This document shows, one piece after another, positions 19,953 through 31,254 of a stretch of DNA of 64,000 nucleotides. The translations under genes and the position numbers were made by a program. Positions within the stretch are counted from its first letter, which is position 1. Every line of letters begins with the position of its first letter. The notes under the pieces were generated by a model, which worked only from the letters and a program-made list of their open reading frames with translations, made no database searches and was not told where the DNA came from. This DNA is from Desulfosudaceae bacterium (GTDB taxonomy: Bacteria > Desulfobacterota > Desulfobacteria > Desulfobacterales > Desulfosudaceae): contig CAXXDV010000003.1 in the NCBI GenBank assembly GCA_963674745.2, positions 1,408,001-1,472,000 on the forward strand. The letters run 5' to 3'.

Positions 19953-22900
19953 TCAACGCTCCGCATATTTTTGGTGAAATAATGAATAAATGGTCGGGAT
20001 CAGCAGTAACGTAATGAGGGTGGAAGCTGTCAGTCCGCCGACCACGGCTCTTGCCAGTGGCGCCTGGGCTTCGGCCCCCTCGCCTATTCCCATGGCCAGT
20101 GGCAGTAAGCCGAGAATTGTCGTCAGAGTTGTCATCAGAATCGGCCGCAATCTCCTGCGTCCGGCTTCCAGAAGGGCTTCCCGGATATCCAGGCCCTGCC
20201 TGTTGAGCCGTTCAGCCTGATCCACCAGCAGGATGGCGTTATTGACGACGATGCCTCCCAGCATAATACAACCGATATAGGATTGAACGTTCAAGGTTGT
20301 GCCGGTAAGAAAAAGCGTCAGTAACACGCCAACCGCCGCAACCGGAACGGAAAACATCACCACCAGTGGATTGACAAAAGATTCATACTGACAGGCCAGC
20401 ACCATATACACCAGTATCAGGGCCAGCAGGAACGAAATCATCAGTTCCCGGGATGCTTTTTTCTGTTCTTCGAAATTTCCGGCCACCGCCAGATCGTAAC
20501 CGACCGGCCGTGCCAGGGTGCCCAGCACGGATTCCACATCCGCGGCAACGGATCCAAGGTCACGGTTGGAGACATTGGCGGAAACCGTCACCAGTCGCTG
20601 CTGGTCTTTGCGATTAATGACAACCGGGCCGAGGCTTTTTTCGGTGGTCACGAAATTGCGCAGGGCGACCTGGTGACCGTCCGGCGAGGTCAGTGTCAAA
20701 TCGAGGATGTCATCCAAAGAGGTTTTTTCCACGTCTTTTAACTGGACGAAAATACGATAAGCGTTTCCTTCCGACCGGAACTCGCCTACTTTTGATCCCG
20801 CGACGGCGGTTTCAAGAATACCGGTCACATCGCGGATACTCAGTCCCAGATCGGCGATCTTGTCCCGATCCACATGAAAGGACTGCTGGGGCATGCCGCT
20901 GTCCCGGCTGATTTCCACGTCGGTGATGCCAGGCACGTCAACAATTGACTTCGCTACCCGGTCAGAAAGGGCCTTGAGGATATCAAGATCGTTTCCACGG
21001 ATTTCTATGACCAACCCCTCATCACCGCCGACAAGCCGATCCAGAAGAAACTGGCCCTGGGGTGCGCGGACACGGATCTTCATGCCTGCAATTTTACCTG
21101 TCAGCCGCTGTCGAAGATCATCGGCTATTTCCACGTTGGACCGTTTCCGTTGGGAAGATGACGTCAGTGAAAGTCGGATTTCCCCGGACGAATCCCTTCC
21201 ACCCCTGACACTGACAACAGAAGAAACGATTTCCGGAACAGCCGAAAATACCAGCTGTTCCATCAAGCGGGTCTGTCGGTCGAGAAGGCTCAGGCGTGTC
21301 CCGATTTCCATCTCACCGGAAATTCGCACTTCTCCCTCATCACTGGGCGGCAGGAACTCGCTGCCGATCAACGGCAGTAACAGCAGGCTGGCTGCGACAA
21401 TTAACGCTGCGGTGGTAACGGTTAAAAGACGGTTGTCGAGGACCCGAACCAGGGCGGATCGATAGTTGGCGTTCACCCGGGAGAAAAATGATTCCGAAAC
21501 TCCTGAAAACATTTCAAACAGTCGCTTGACCCCGGAAAACCTTTTCCCATACGCATCATGAGAAGCACCAAACAGCCTGGCGGTCATCATGGGTACCAGG
21601 CTCAGGGATACCAGTAGTGAGCAGGACAGGGAAAAGATGATCACGTAAGCAAGTTCCGTAAACAGTATACCGGAAACACCGCGCACAAAAACCAGGGGCA
21701 GAAAAATCACCAGGGTCGTGATGGTACTGGCCACAATGGCGGGTGCGACCTCTCCGGCCCCTTCGACAGCCGCGACTTCAGATGTCTCGCCGTTTTCCGT
21801 GTGCCGCCGGAAAATATTTTCCAGTACCACGATAGAGCTGTCCACCATCATGCCGACACCCAGAGCCAGTCCGCCCAGGGTCATCAGGTTGAGGGTGAAA
21901 CTACCGAAATATATCAATGTAAAGGTGGCCACGATGGATATGGGAATGGACAGGGAAATAACAATGGTGCTGCGGATGTTTCTTAAAAAAAACAGCAGGA
22001 CCAAAACGGCCAGCAGGCCACCATACAAGACGGAACGGGCCACATTGGCGATGGAACGTTCGATGAAATTTCCCTGGTTAATAACCGGTACAATATTCAT
22101 CTGGGGAAAAGCGCGATTGGCGGATTCTATTTCCGCCAGAACCCGTTTGGTCACCTCTACCGTGTTGGCATCCCCCTGCTTCCGGATAGCGACTCTTATA
22201 CCCCTGACATGATTGACCCGGATAACCCGGGAAATCTTTTCATAGGTGTCTTTAACGATGGCAATCTGACCCAGGGTCACAGCAGCACCGTCCTGCAGGT
22301 CGACAACGGTGTTGCGGATCTCATCGATATTGGTGAATTCTGCTGGCGCGCGGAGCGTAATCTCATAACGGCCCTGCTCGATAGTGCCGGCCGGGAGATC
22401 AAGGTTGGCGTTCCTGATGGCTGAAACAATTCTGTCCAGGGGAATGCCCAGAGCCCGGATCCGTTCATGATCCAGCTCGATCCGTATTTCACGGTTGTAT
22501 CCGCCCCACAGATCCACCTGCGCCACACCCGGAATACGGGCAAAACGATACCGGATACGATCTTCAATCAACCGGGTCAATTCCACCGGATCAAGGCTGC
22601 TGGAAATGCCCAGCAACATGACCGGAAAACTGTTGATGTCGAATTTCCGGATGCTGGGACGGACGACATCCTCCGGCAGTTCGTTTAATTCGTTTTCAAT
22701 AATCGATTGAACATCAAGAGCGGCGGTGTCGATATCCGTGCCCCAGGAAAACGTGATGCGGATGGCGCTTCGGCCTTCGGTTGATTCAGAGGTTAGTTCG
22801 GCCACTCCCGGAACAGTGGCAATAATCTCTTCTAAAATCTGTGTCACCAGCTTTTCCATCACCTCGGGGCTGGCCCCTTCGTATTCCGTGCGAACCGACA

Positions 22901-23033
22901 TTGTCGGCATTTCGATGTCGGGAAGCATATCAATACGAAGCCGACTCAGCGAAACGACCCCGAGAACGACAACAATAAGGGTGACCATGATGGTGAATAT
23001 CGGTCGATGAACGCTGAAACGCGGCAGATTCAT
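19953..23033 (-). CDS. RND efflux permease (AcrB/AcrD/AcrF family)
   Basis: [46 protein letters not shown]. Confidence 0.96.
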   Translation of the reverse strand: MNLPRFSVHRPIFTIMVTLIVVVLGVVSLSRLRIDMLPDIEMPTMSVRTEYEGASPEVMEKLVTQILEEIIATVPGVAELTSESTEGRSAIRITFSWGTDIDTAALDVQSIIENELNELPEDVVRPSIRKFDINSFPVMLLGISSSLDPVELTRLIEDRIRYRFARIPGVAQVDLWGGYNREIRIELDHERIRALGIPLDRIVSAIRNANLDLPAGTIEQGRYEITLRAPAEFTNIDEIRNTVVDLQDGAAVTLGQIAIVKDTYEKISRVIRVNHVRGIRVAIRKQGDANTVEVTKRVLAEIESANRAFPQMNIVPVINQGNFIERSIANVARSVLYGGLLAVLVLLFFLRNIRSTIVISLSIPISIVATFTLIYFGSFTLNLMTLGGLALGVGMMVDSSIVVLENIFRRHTENGETSEVAAVEGAGEVAPAIVASTITTLVIFLPLVFVRGVSGILFTELAYVIIFSLSCSLLVSLSLVPMMTARLFGASHDAYGKRFSGVKRLFEMFSGVSESFFSRVNANYRSALVRVLDNRLLTVTTAALIVAASLLLLPLIGSEFLPPSDEGEVRISGEMEIGTRLSLLDRQTRLMEQLVFSAVPEIVSSVVSVRGGRDSSGEIRLSLTSSSQRKRSNVEIADDLRQRLTGKIAGMKIRVRAPQGQFLLDRLVGGDEGLVIEIRGNDLDILKALSDRVAKSIVDVPGITDVEISRDSGMPQQSFHVDRDKIADLGLSIRDVTGILETAVAGSKVGEFRSEGNAYRIFVQLKDVEKTSLDDILDLTLTSPDGHQVALRNFVTTEKSLGPVVINRKDQQRLVTVSANVSNRDLGSVAADVESVLGTLARPVGYDLAVAGNFEEQKKASRELMISFLLALILVYMVLACQYESFVNPLVVMFSVPVAAVGVLLTLFLTGTTLNVQSYIGCIMLGGIVVNNAILLVDQAERLNRQGLDIREALLEAGRRRLRPILMTTLTTILGLLPLAMGIGEGAEAQAPLARAVVGGLTASTLITLLLIPTIYSLFHQKYAER

Positions 23034-24253
23034 TATTGTGGCGTCTCCCTGCTGCCGGTATTCATTTTTTCCACTGACTCGGAAATGGTAATAACTGAGC
23101 CATCGTTTAAAAGCTGCTGGCCAAGCGTAACAACCTTTTGAGGAAGTTTCAGGTCGGACAAAAAACGGTCATCTATCTGCACCATGCCACTGTCAAGGAT
23201 GCCTGTCTTCACCAGTCGCCAGGAAACCGTCTGGCCACCGTTATCGACCACGAAAATGCCGGTTTTGTCATCCCGGCTGGTCAGGGCCTGTTCCGGTACG
23301 ATAACCGCATTTTCGATCCGGTCCAATACAATCGTCACCCGGATAAACATTCCCGGTTTCAGCAGGCCCTGATTGTTTTCGATTTTCAATTCGACTTTTG
23401 CCTGTCGAGAATTTCTACCAAATACCGGTGAAATCCGGTCAATAAGGGCCTTAAACCGGGTATCCGCAAAGGCATCTGTGACCAGGGAAGCCATTTGCCC
23501 TACCTTGAGGCTGGCATAGTCCTTTTCCGTTACATAGATGACACCAATCATGGGATCCAGCGAAACGATGGAAAGCAAGGGGGCATTGGCGGCCACGGTT
23601 TCTCCTTCGTCTACAAACCGCTCGGACACGATGCGGGAGCTACCTTCATCCGCCCAGGAAGCGCTGATTTCGGTATATCCAAGGCGAATCCTGGCGGTTT
23701 CCAGCAAAGCCTCCGCCCTGTTCACCCGGGCACGGGCCACTTCACGGGCGGCCTGTTTGGAAAGCTGATCGGCTTTAGCACCGTCAAACTGAGAGTCGGA
23801 CGCGACACCCCTGGAACGAAGGGTATCAAACCTTTTTAACTCACGCGCTGCGATTTCCAGTGCATTTTCCGCCTCCACCAGGTTGGCTTTAGCCACCTGC
23901 AAATCGGCTTCCGCCAGGGCGACCGACTGGAGGAACTCATCATTGTCCATCTGGGCCACCACCTGCCCTTTCTCAACGATATCTCCAAGGTCCGCGTATA
24001 CCCGCTCCACGCGGCCACTGACCTTTGGTGCGATCACAAATTCAGCAACCGGTTCCAAAGATCCGCTGAATATGCGGCGCAGCTCGATGGGGCCTCTTTT
24101 GATGACGCCGATCTCTACTGGAGCGGAATCCCTTTGTCCGGCCTGGCCGGTTGTTTCCCGATCATTGTACAACCGGTTGATAATGATTAAAAAAAAGCCG
24201 GCCGCCAGAATACAGGTGATGATGATTGTTTTTCGAAAAGAACGTGATTCCAT
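23033..24253 (-). CDS. RND periplasmic adaptor (membrane fusion protein)
   Basis: [23 protein letters not shown], coiled hairpin, LKPGMFIRV. Confidence 0.93.
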   Translation of the reverse strand: MESRSFRKTIIITCILAAGFFLIIINRLYNDRETTGQAGQRDSAPVEIGVIKRGPIELRRIFSGSLEPVAEFVIAPKVSGRVERVYADLGDIVEKGQVVAQMDNDEFLQSVALAEADLQVAKANLVEAENALEIAARELKRFDTLRSRGVASDSQFDGAKADQLSKQAAREVARARVNRAEALLETARIRLGYTEISASWADEGSSRIVSERFVDEGETVAANAPLLSIVSLDPMIGVIYVTEKDYASLKVGQMASLVTDAFADTRFKALIDRISPVFGRNSRQAKVELKIENNQGLLKPGMFIRVTIVLDRIENAVIVPEQALTSRDDKTGIFVVDNGGQTVSWRLVKTGILDSGMVQIDDRFLSDLKLPQKVVTLGQQLLNDGSVITISESVEKMNTGSRETPQ

Positions 24254-24438
24254 GAATATTTATCTTTTCTTGTTTTAGTTATTCACAAGCAGAAGGGAAA
24301 AACCGTAATCCCAAAATGCACTAAAGAGATTGATATGTATTTTATTGAATTAGGTTGATTTTTAAAAGCATTTACTTAATATATTTTGTCAGACACATTT
24401 TGAGAAAACAAGAACCTCACAGAAACGAAAGGGAGATC

Positions 24439-24903
24439 ATGACCGATTCTGCAAGCGATATCATGGTTCGGGATTTTGATTCTATTGATGAAAACGCCCC
24501 GGTAGTAGAAGCCATCACAAAAATTATGGCCGGCAAACTGCGCCAAACCGGTTATAAAACCGTCAGCCTGATGGTAATCAACGAGTTGGGACAATTGGTG
24601 GGCGTGATTACCATGTTTGATATTCTATACCATTTAAGACCCGGCTTTTTAAACTACGATCTCGGGGGAAACGCCGTGCCCTGGGAAGGACTTTTTGAAC
24701 CGGCCCAGCGTGAACTAAAAGGAAAACGGGTCAAACAGATCATGAGCCAGGGCGTCGTTACCGCCAACCCGGATGACCATGTCATGGCCCTGCTCGACCG
24801 CATGGTGAAAAACAAATACCGCCGGCTGCCGGTGGTGAAAAACGGCCGCCTTGAAGGTGTTGTCTATATCGGGGATATTTTTCATTATCTCTTTAATCGG
24901 TAA
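24439..24903 (+). CDS. CBS-domain-pair protein
   Basis: ASDIMVRD...LVGVITMFDIL and VKQIMS...RRLPVVKNGRLEGVVYIGDIF; RBS GGGAG before ATG 24439. Confidence 0.88.
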   Translation: MTDSASDIMVRDFDSIDENAPVVEAITKIMAGKLRQTGYKTVSLMVINELGQLVGVITMFDILYHLRPGFLNYDLGGNAVPWEGLFEPAQRELKGKRVKQIMSQGVVTANPDDHVMALLDRMVKNKYRRLPVVKNGRLEGVVYIGDIFHYLFNR

Positions 24904-24960
24904 CGGCTTGTCTTTATGAACATTTGGAAATTTTGGCCTTTCTCAATTCTTAGGTACCGG

Positions 24961-25241
24961 GTGGTTAAGTGTTTATTAGTCATCTCCATCCGCAAGCCTC
25001 GATCACATAATCATTTAACCACATAATAACCTCTACCTAAAACTTTAAAACGCTAACACCATAAACCTTAACCACAAAGTTTAAACTCCGATCTGGCCCC
25101 AGCGAAGCTGGCTAAACACTGTCCTTAAGCCCCGATCACTTAACCACATAAACACATAATCACATAACCACTTAACCTAAATCCCTAACACCTAACACCT
25201 TAATCACCTAATACCCTAACACTCTAAAACCCTAAAACCTT
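24961..25241. repeat. Intergenic degenerate octamer tandem array (TAAYCACW / TAAAACCY types)
   Basis: 25141-25240 parses as taaccaca taaacaca taatcaca taaccact taacc taaatccc taacacc taacacct taatcacc taataccc taacactc taaaaccc taaaacct; a short opposite-sense arm gtggttaagtgttta lies at 24961. Confidence 0.9.
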
Positions 25242-26606
25242 CTAAAAGAATACCTGCCACCGCATCTGGTAAATATCCGCTTCCGCGTCCTCAATACCTG
25301 CCGCGGCAAGGCTGTCTTCTACATCAATATGAACATAGTTAAAACTCCAGCGAAGGTTCTGGTTGATATACCAGTTCAATGCCAGGGTAACATCTTTCAT
25401 CTCACCGCCGTAAAGCAGATGGTCGTTTAAATCAACATCCGCATATCGCACCGCCGCTTCCCAGGCACCCCAACCGCCCCGATCCGGTTCAAAAGGTGAT
25501 GTGACATCCACCAGGGAAAACTCGGCCCCGTCATTCCCTTTTAATTTATACTTTTTGTGTTCCCCGGTTAAAAAATAACTGGCCGTCAGGTAATATCCCT
25601 TCAACTCAGGATCATCAAAAGCTTCCGAATCAACACGGGTATACCAGTATTCTGCTTGAAGGCAGAAAGGCCCCAGTACAATCGCTGCTTCCGGTCCCAG
25701 CATGTCGGCGCTGTCGGCGGGTATATTACCGGTGTCAATGGGTCGAAAATCAGAAACGTGAAGTTCAGGTCGTTTGCGGAACCGCAGACCGTCATCAGCG
25801 ATCTTATGGCTGTAACCAAGGCCCAGATGCAATAGTTTACTACCGTCGTCCGCATACCAGGGCGTGATGGTGACCCGGCCGGTTATATTGTAATCGCCGT
25901 TCTTGGTGTACCCCTCGGCACCGGCATCGGTCTCCTTGAAAATACCCAGGCTCCAGCTTACACGTGGATGATCAAAAAAATTCAAAAAACGGATGCCGAT
26001 GTTCCTGCCGGGAACGATGCCATCCGGAAGCGCCCGCTCCATAACCGGCATATAAAGCCGACTGTCCAGTCTCTCCAGTGAAAACGGCTCCTTGGTATGA
26101 CCGATCCGCATCCGGCCCAGATAGGCAAGGCGCTGGAATTCAATCCAGTTCTCCTGAAAAGCCACATCGCCGGCTGAAAAATCAAATTCATTGCTGAAAG
26201 CAAATCTGTCATAAATCAATCCGGTGATGTGAAGCCGTGTCTGCCGGAACTCGACGCCGGTTCCCTCAAAAGCATTGCCGTTTGCATCCGCCGCCGCTTC
26301 CATTTGCCTGTCACTGCTGACATGTGCCGCGTCGATCATGATCCGGCCGCCGATCTGGAATTTAAAAAGACCGTCATCCGAATCGACATGAAGTACTTTA
26401 TCAAAGGTTGTTGAAAATCCCCGGTCTTCTTTTGCGGCCTTTTGTTTCAGTTCTTCATACTTTTCATCTGTGATGTCTCCACGAGAATGCAGAATCTCCA
26501 ATATTTCCTGCGTTATCTCAGCGCCGTTCGCTTCCGGCAGGCTGGGGAAAAGAATAAACATACCGAATAAAACCGTTACGCCCGCAATAAACAGAATCCT
26601 TTGCAT
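25242..26606 (-). CDS. OprO/OprP-family (phosphate-selective-type) porin
   Basis: IGGRIMID, EFRQTRL, GHTKEPFSLE, YFLTGEH, GAWEAAVRY, TLALNWY; terminal F. Confidence 0.92.
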   Translation of the reverse strand: MQRILFIAGVTVLFGMFILFPSLPEANGAEITQEILEILHSRGDITDEKYEELKQKAAKEDRGFSTTFDKVLHVDSDDGLFKFQIGGRIMIDAAHVSSDRQMEAAADANGNAFEGTGVEFRQTRLHITGLIYDRFAFSNEFDFSAGDVAFQENWIEFQRLAYLGRMRIGHTKEPFSLERLDSRLYMPVMERALPDGIVPGRNIGIRFLNFFDHPRVSWSLGIFKETDAGAEGYTKNGDYNITGRVTITPWYADDGSKLLHLGLGYSHKIADDGLRFRKRPELHVSDFRPIDTGNIPADSADMLGPEAAIVLGPFCLQAEYWYTRVDSEAFDDPELKGYYLTASYFLTGEHKKYKLKGNDGAEFSLVDVTSPFEPDRGGWGAWEAAVRYADVDLNDHLLYGGEMKDVTLALNWYINQNLRWSFNYVHIDVEDSLAAAGIEDAEADIYQMRWQVFF

Positions 26607-26810
26607 CAGTTTTCTCCTTAAATGTAAAAACGTGGTGTAACATAACCTTACAATCTGTCAAACAATAATAATGAAATATCTTTTTGTTCAATTCTAAATC
26701 GCTAACGTCAGGCTGTCCCCGGACAGATACAACTTACTCAAATTAATAAGTAATAATCGATATTGTAAGTTCACTCATATCTCTTCATGAATTGTTCTTT
26801 TCAGTAATAG

Positions 26811-26827
26811 TGCATTTGCCGTGCCAA
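26811..26827 (-). promoter_or_regulatory. Putative sigma54 (-24/-12) promoter for the porin
   Basis: Minus strand TTGGCACGGCAAATGCA has GG-N10-GC spacing and lies about 205 nt upstream of the porin ATG in the correct orientation. Confidence 0.7.
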
Positions 26828-26980
26828 CCCTCACCCTTCCGATTTTGATCAAAACCTCTCAGCCTGAAAAATTAACGCTTCCAACGAACAAGAGTACAAT
26901 CCATTGTTATTTATCGGTTTGGTTCCGGACCCGGTCCGGTTGGGACGTTTAAAACCTTTTATCCTTCTGCACCCCATACC

Positions 26981-27085
26981 CACTTAATCACTTAAACACC
27001 TAAACACTAATCCATTAATGCCTTTCCATCACAAACAACAAAAAGGCTAAATCTTTAATACATAACACTTTAAAACCTAAAACCT
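26981..27085. repeat. A/C-rich octamer array (same family as 24961-25241)
   Basis: cacttaatcacttaaacacctaaacac ... taacactttaaaacctaaaacct. Confidence 0.8.
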
Positions 27086-27168
27086 GTTTTCAATCACCTT
27101 TTCATTGACACCCCGACGTTTTCATCATACTAACGGGATTAAAATCTCAATCTCAGGAACACCCCAGA

Positions 27169-29241
27169 ATGTTTGAAAAAACAAAAATAAAAGAGATCTT
27201 AAACGAATTTCCGGATCTATCCCGGGAGATGGCCGAAAGGATATATACCTCCCGCCTTATCGGGGAAAAACCCGAATGGGTCCTCCACGGCGGCGGCAAC
27301 ACTTCAATCAAGCTGACAGGCCCTGACCTGTTCGGTGAAGACCGTGACGTTATTTTTGTCAAAGGCAGCGGTGTTGACATGGCGGCCATTAAAGCCGACG
27401 ATTTTACCGGACTTGACCTTGCTTCCCTCAAACGACTTCGTCAATTACCCCGGTTAAGCGACGATGAGATGGACAACCAGCTGAGGCTGAGCAAGCTGCG
27501 GGCAGACGCACCGGATCCCTCGGTGGAAGCCTTGCTGCACGCGTTTTTACCTCACAGATTCATCGACCATACCCATGCCGATGCCATACTGGCTATGACC
27601 AGCCGGGATGAAGCCGAAAGCCTGATCGTGAGTGTTCTGGGCGATAAGGTATGCGTCATCCCTTATGAAAAATCAGGACTCCCACTGGCATCAGCCGCGG
27701 TAACCGCCTGGGAAAAAAACCCTGAAGCCGAAGCCATTATCGTACTGCATCACGGCATCTTTACTTTTGGAGAAGATGCCGAAACCGCTTTTCAGCGTAT
27801 GGCCGACTATGTTGCCCGGGCTGAAAAATGGCTGGCGGAACAGTCACCTGTGGAATTGAAATGGTCTGCCGTTATCCGGAATGACAGCGCCATTCCCAGA
27901 ATCGCCCAGATTATTCGCAGCACATGTGCCGTAACGGAAAGCCCTGATCATGTCAATACGCTGCTGGTCGATATTCGCGATCATGATGAGATAATCGAAA
28001 TTTCTTTAAGCTGGGAAGTTGAAAATATCTGTTCTTCCGGGGTGTTGACACCCGACCATGTCATCCGGACCAAAAATCGGTACGTGTATATTGATTATGT
28101 GCCTGATGACGACGAAGAACTGACGGCCCTGATTACAAAAAGAATCAATGCTTTCAAGGCCGATTACGAAACATATTTTAAAACGTTTCAAGAAGATCCC
28201 GACAAAACCATGCTGGATCCAAAGCCCCGGGTGTTTCTGGTGGCCGGAGCCGGGTTGTTTGCTCTGGGCGAGACAAGAAAGGCGGCAAAAATCGCTGCTG
28301 ATATTGCCGAACATACCATCATCACCAAATTTCGGGCAGGCATGGAATCTTATACGCCAATTGATGAGGCCCATATATTTGACATGGAATACTGGCCTCT
28401 CCAGTTGAAAAAATTGAAAACAAAAGCCCCTCCCCCCCTGCAGGGGAAAATCGGCCTTGTCACAGGCGCTGCCGGCGCCATTGGATTCGGCATTGCCGAC
28501 CGTCTCCTGGCAGCGGGAGCGGCAGTGGTCGTCTCAGATATTGATGAAACCGGACTGGAAAATGTGCGTCGGATCCTGGCTGACCGGTATGACAAAGACC
28601 GGGTCGCCGCCATTCATTTTGACGTTACCCGGGAAGAAAGTGTCCGGTCCGGCATGGAAAAAGCCTGCCTGGCATTTGGTGGAATGGACATCCTGGTGCC
28701 CAATGCCGGGACAGCTCATGTGGCAAAAATAGAAGATCTTGATTTCGATAAATTTCAAAATGTTACAAACGTAAACCTCATGGGTACGTTCAATGTAATA
28801 AAGGCCGTAATACCCGTCTTCAAACGACAAAACACCGGCGGCAACATCGTGGTCATCAGCACCAAAAATGTGTTTGACCCTGGTGCTGCTTTTGGCGCCT
28901 ACAGCGCCTCAAAGGCGGGAGCCCATCAGATGGCCCGGATCGCCGCCCTGGAGCTGGCCGAACTGGGCGTTCGGGTCAATATGATTAATCCTGATGCTGT
29001 TTTCGGGGATGAAGCCGTCCCTTCGAAACTCTGGGAAATGATCGGCCCCGACCGGATGAAAGCCCGTGGACTTGATCCAGAGGGACTGAAAGCCTATTAT
29101 CGGCAACGAAACCTGTTGAAAATTACGGTAACAGCAGAACATGTCGGCAATGCCGTGGTATTTTTCGCCACCAACCAGACACCTACAACCGGGGCCGCGC
29201 TTCCGGTGGACGGTGGCGTACCGGCGGCGTTCCCGAGATAA
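27169..29241 (+). CDS. Bifunctional class II aldolase / short-chain dehydrogenase (RhaD/YuxG-like)
   Basis: VLHGGGNTSIK, VKGSG, PSVEALLHAFLPHRFIDHTHAD, TPDHVIRTK, MEYWPL; SDR half TGAAGAIG, NAG, YSASK. Confidence 0.93.
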   Translation: MFEKTKIKEILNEFPDLSREMAERIYTSRLIGEKPEWVLHGGGNTSIKLTGPDLFGEDRDVIFVKGSGVDMAAIKADDFTGLDLASLKRLRQLPRLSDDEMDNQLRLSKLRADAPDPSVEALLHAFLPHRFIDHTHADAILAMTSRDEAESLIVSVLGDKVCVIPYEKSGLPLASAAVTAWEKNPEAEAIIVLHHGIFTFGEDAETAFQRMADYVARAEKWLAEQSPVELKWSAVIRNDSAIPRIAQIIRSTCAVTESPDHVNTLLVDIRDHDEIIEISLSWEVENICSSGVLTPDHVIRTKNRYVYIDYVPDDDEELTALITKRINAFKADYETYFKTFQEDPDKTMLDPKPRVFLVAGAGLFALGETRKAAKIAADIAEHTIITKFRAGMESYTPIDEAHIFDMEYWPLQLKKLKTKAPPPLQGKIGLVTGAAGAIGFGIADRLLAAGAAVVVSDIDETGLENVRRILADRYDKDRVAAIHFDVTREESVRSGMEKACLAFGGMDILVPNAGTAHVAKIEDLDFDKFQNVTNVNLMGTFNVIKAVIPVFKRQNTGGNIVVISTKNVFDPGAAFGAYSASKAGAHQMARIAALELAELGVRVNMINPDAVFGDEAVPSKLWEMIGPDRMKARGLDPEGLKAYYRQRNLLKITVTAEHVGNAVVFFATNQTPTTGAALPVDGGVPAAFPR

Positions 29242-29253
29242 TAAAGGTACAAA

Positions 29254-29628
29254 ATGGAACTGCTTCACATCGCCCTTGTCAATTCCTCAGAGAAAAACAG
29301 CGATTTGTTTTACAAAGACTTGTTGGGATGTGAAAAAAAACCACCGCGCCAGGTTCCGGCCACCCTGATGAAATCGTTGTTCAACCAGGATGAAGTCGCC
29401 ACCATTATCAATTATGTTCACAAAGATGGCCTTGTTTTTGAAGTTTTTATCATGGCCGTCAGGGAACTCACCCCTGTCTCTCATGCCTGCCTGAAGGTAA
29501 AAGCGCACGATGGTTTTTTGACAACCTGTAAAAAAATGAACATTTCCATCCGCCGTTTTGTAAAAGATGACGGCGACAGTATCGTTTTTATAGAGGATTT
29601 TGATCAAAATTTATTTGAAATAAAATAG
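29254..29628 (+). CDS. VOC/glyoxalase-family protein
   Basis: LLHIAL...FYKDLLG, FEVF, SHACL, FIEDFDQNLFEIK. Confidence 0.82.
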   Translation: MELLHIALVNSSEKNSDLFYKDLLGCEKKPPRQVPATLMKSLFNQDEVATIINYVHKDGLVFEVFIMAVRELTPVSHACLKVKAHDGFLTTCKKMNISIRRFVKDDGDSIVFIEDFDQNLFEIK

Positions 29629-29665
29629 AAAACTTCAATAATTACTCATTGTAAGGAGGTATACC

Positions 29666-30547
29666 ATGCCTGATGTTGATGATGTCAAAGAAGGGAAAAA
29701 CTATTATACGGACAAACCCCAGGAATGTGACGGCTTTTTTCTTAAAGGCTGCAACTCCCTGGACTGGGGAATGAAAAACCGGCTGGCCCGGATATTCAAC
29801 CCGGAAAGCGGCCGAACCGTCATGCTGGCCGTCGATCACGGTTACTTTCAGGGGCCGACCACCGGCCTGGAACGGATCGATATCAACATCCTGCCCCTGG
29901 TTCCTTATGCCGATACCCTCATGCTCACCCGGGGCATCCTCCGGAGCATCGTGCCGCCATCTTCAACCATTCCCATTGTACTGCGGGCTTCCGGCGGCAC
30001 CAGTATTCTTTCTGAACTGTCCAACGAAAAAATTGCCGTGGACATCGAAGATTCCATCCGACTCAATGTCTGCGCCATGGCCGTGCAGGTGTTTATCGGC
30101 GGGGAATACGAGCGCCAATCCATCATTAACATGACCAATCTGGTGGATCTGGGAAATCGCTACGGTATTCCCACCCTGGCCGTTACCGCAGTGGGTAAGG
30201 ACATGGCCAGAGACGCCCGCTACTTCCGGCTGGCCACCCGCATCTGCGCCGAACTGGGGGCGACCTACATCAAATCCTACTATATTGAAGAAGGCTTTGA
30301 GACCGTCACCTCATCCTGCCCTGTCCCCATCGTCATGGCCGGCGGTAAAAAAATCCCCGAACTGGATGCCCTGACCATGGCCTACAACGCGGTTCAACAG
30401 GGCGCCGCCGGTGTGGATATGGGTCGTAATATCTTTCAGTCAGAAGACCCCATTGCCATGATCCAGGCCGTTCACAGCGTTGTGCATAAACTGGAGAAAC
30501 CGGAAAAAGCCTTTGATATGTATAATACGTTGAAGAATGAAAAATGA
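29666..30547 (+). CDS. lsrF: LsrF-type 3-hydroxy-5-phosphonooxypentane-2,4-dione thiolase (class I aldolase fold)
   Basis: [64 protein letters not shown]. Confidence 0.92.
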   Translation: MPDVDDVKEGKNYYTDKPQECDGFFLKGCNSLDWGMKNRLARIFNPESGRTVMLAVDHGYFQGPTTGLERIDINILPLVPYADTLMLTRGILRSIVPPSSTIPIVLRASGGTSILSELSNEKIAVDIEDSIRLNVCAMAVQVFIGGEYERQSIINMTNLVDLGNRYGIPTLAVTAVGKDMARDARYFRLATRICAELGATYIKSYYIEEGFETVTSSCPVPIVMAGGKKIPELDALTMAYNAVQQGAAGVDMGRNIFQSEDPIAMIQAVHSVVHKLEKPEKAFDMYNTLKNEK

Positions 30548-30657
30548 CCTGAAAAATATTGACATCAAAGGAAGCTGTTGTTAGAAACAAAGTTTGCTGA
30601 TTTGACTTTTTATTTAACCTTTGAACCAATTTTTGAATGAAAAAGGAGCTTCTGTAA

Positions 30658-30918
30658 ATGACGAAACATGTCCCTCTGCCCAAAGATACCAAGGCTTTTC
30701 ACTGTGCCAACTGCGGTGCTGTAGCACTTGATCAGAATAATATATGCAATCCTGCCGGAAGAATAACAAAAATTGACTGGTGCGGCTCCAAGGACCTGCC
30801 GCCCCCTCAGGCCTGCCACAACCGTGTCAACAATGACCGCTATTCATGTAAAAAATGTGGTAAAACCGCCATCAACCCGGCCCTGCTCTGTGAACCGGAA
30901 AAAATGGAACTGGCATAA
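30658..30918 (+). CDS. Small Cys-rich protein with duplicated CxxCG-x8-CxP motif
   Basis: CANCGAVALDQNNICNP and CKKCGKTAINPALLCEP; RBS AAGGAG; terminator follows. Confidence 0.8.
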   Translation: MTKHVPLPKDTKAFHCANCGAVALDQNNICNPAGRITKIDWCGSKDLPPPQACHNRVNNDRYSCKKCGKTAINPALLCEPEKMELA

Positions 30919-30929
30919 TAAATAATACG

Positions 30930-30968
30930 ATACCGGGAGAGATATGCTTCTCTCCCGGTATTTTGTTT
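30930..30968 (+). terminator. Rho-independent terminator
   Basis: ATACCGGGAGAG-loop-TTCTCTCCCGGTAT followed by a T-rich tract. Confidence 0.85.
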
Positions 30969-31254
30969 CTCCCGCAATCGTTTCACCCCATTTTCATCAC
31001 GAATTTTTCAAACCGTTAACACCACCTTTATCCCGACCTGGTCCAGGTTGTCGATATCAATAATATATCCGTTATAAAAAAGATATTTTCTTCATTTCGA
31101 GATTGTTATATAAAAATGATCATAAGGGGGGCATATTTAACCACATCTTATTCCTCTTTATTTTCGTCTCAGACATTCAATCGCCTCTTTTGTTTGTTGA
31201 TCGATAAGCGGAATGACGGACAGCCGCTTTAATCTCAATAGCGTGAGGTGAAAA

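Noticed and set aside
25217..25241. TTTTAGGG telomere-like repeat on the minus strand
   Set aside because: Only one or two exact units within a degenerate internal array; no chromosome end here.
26636..26665. Pho box upstream of the porin
   Set aside because: TGTAAC/TGTCA-like half sites are present but do not form a clean 11-bp-period repeat.
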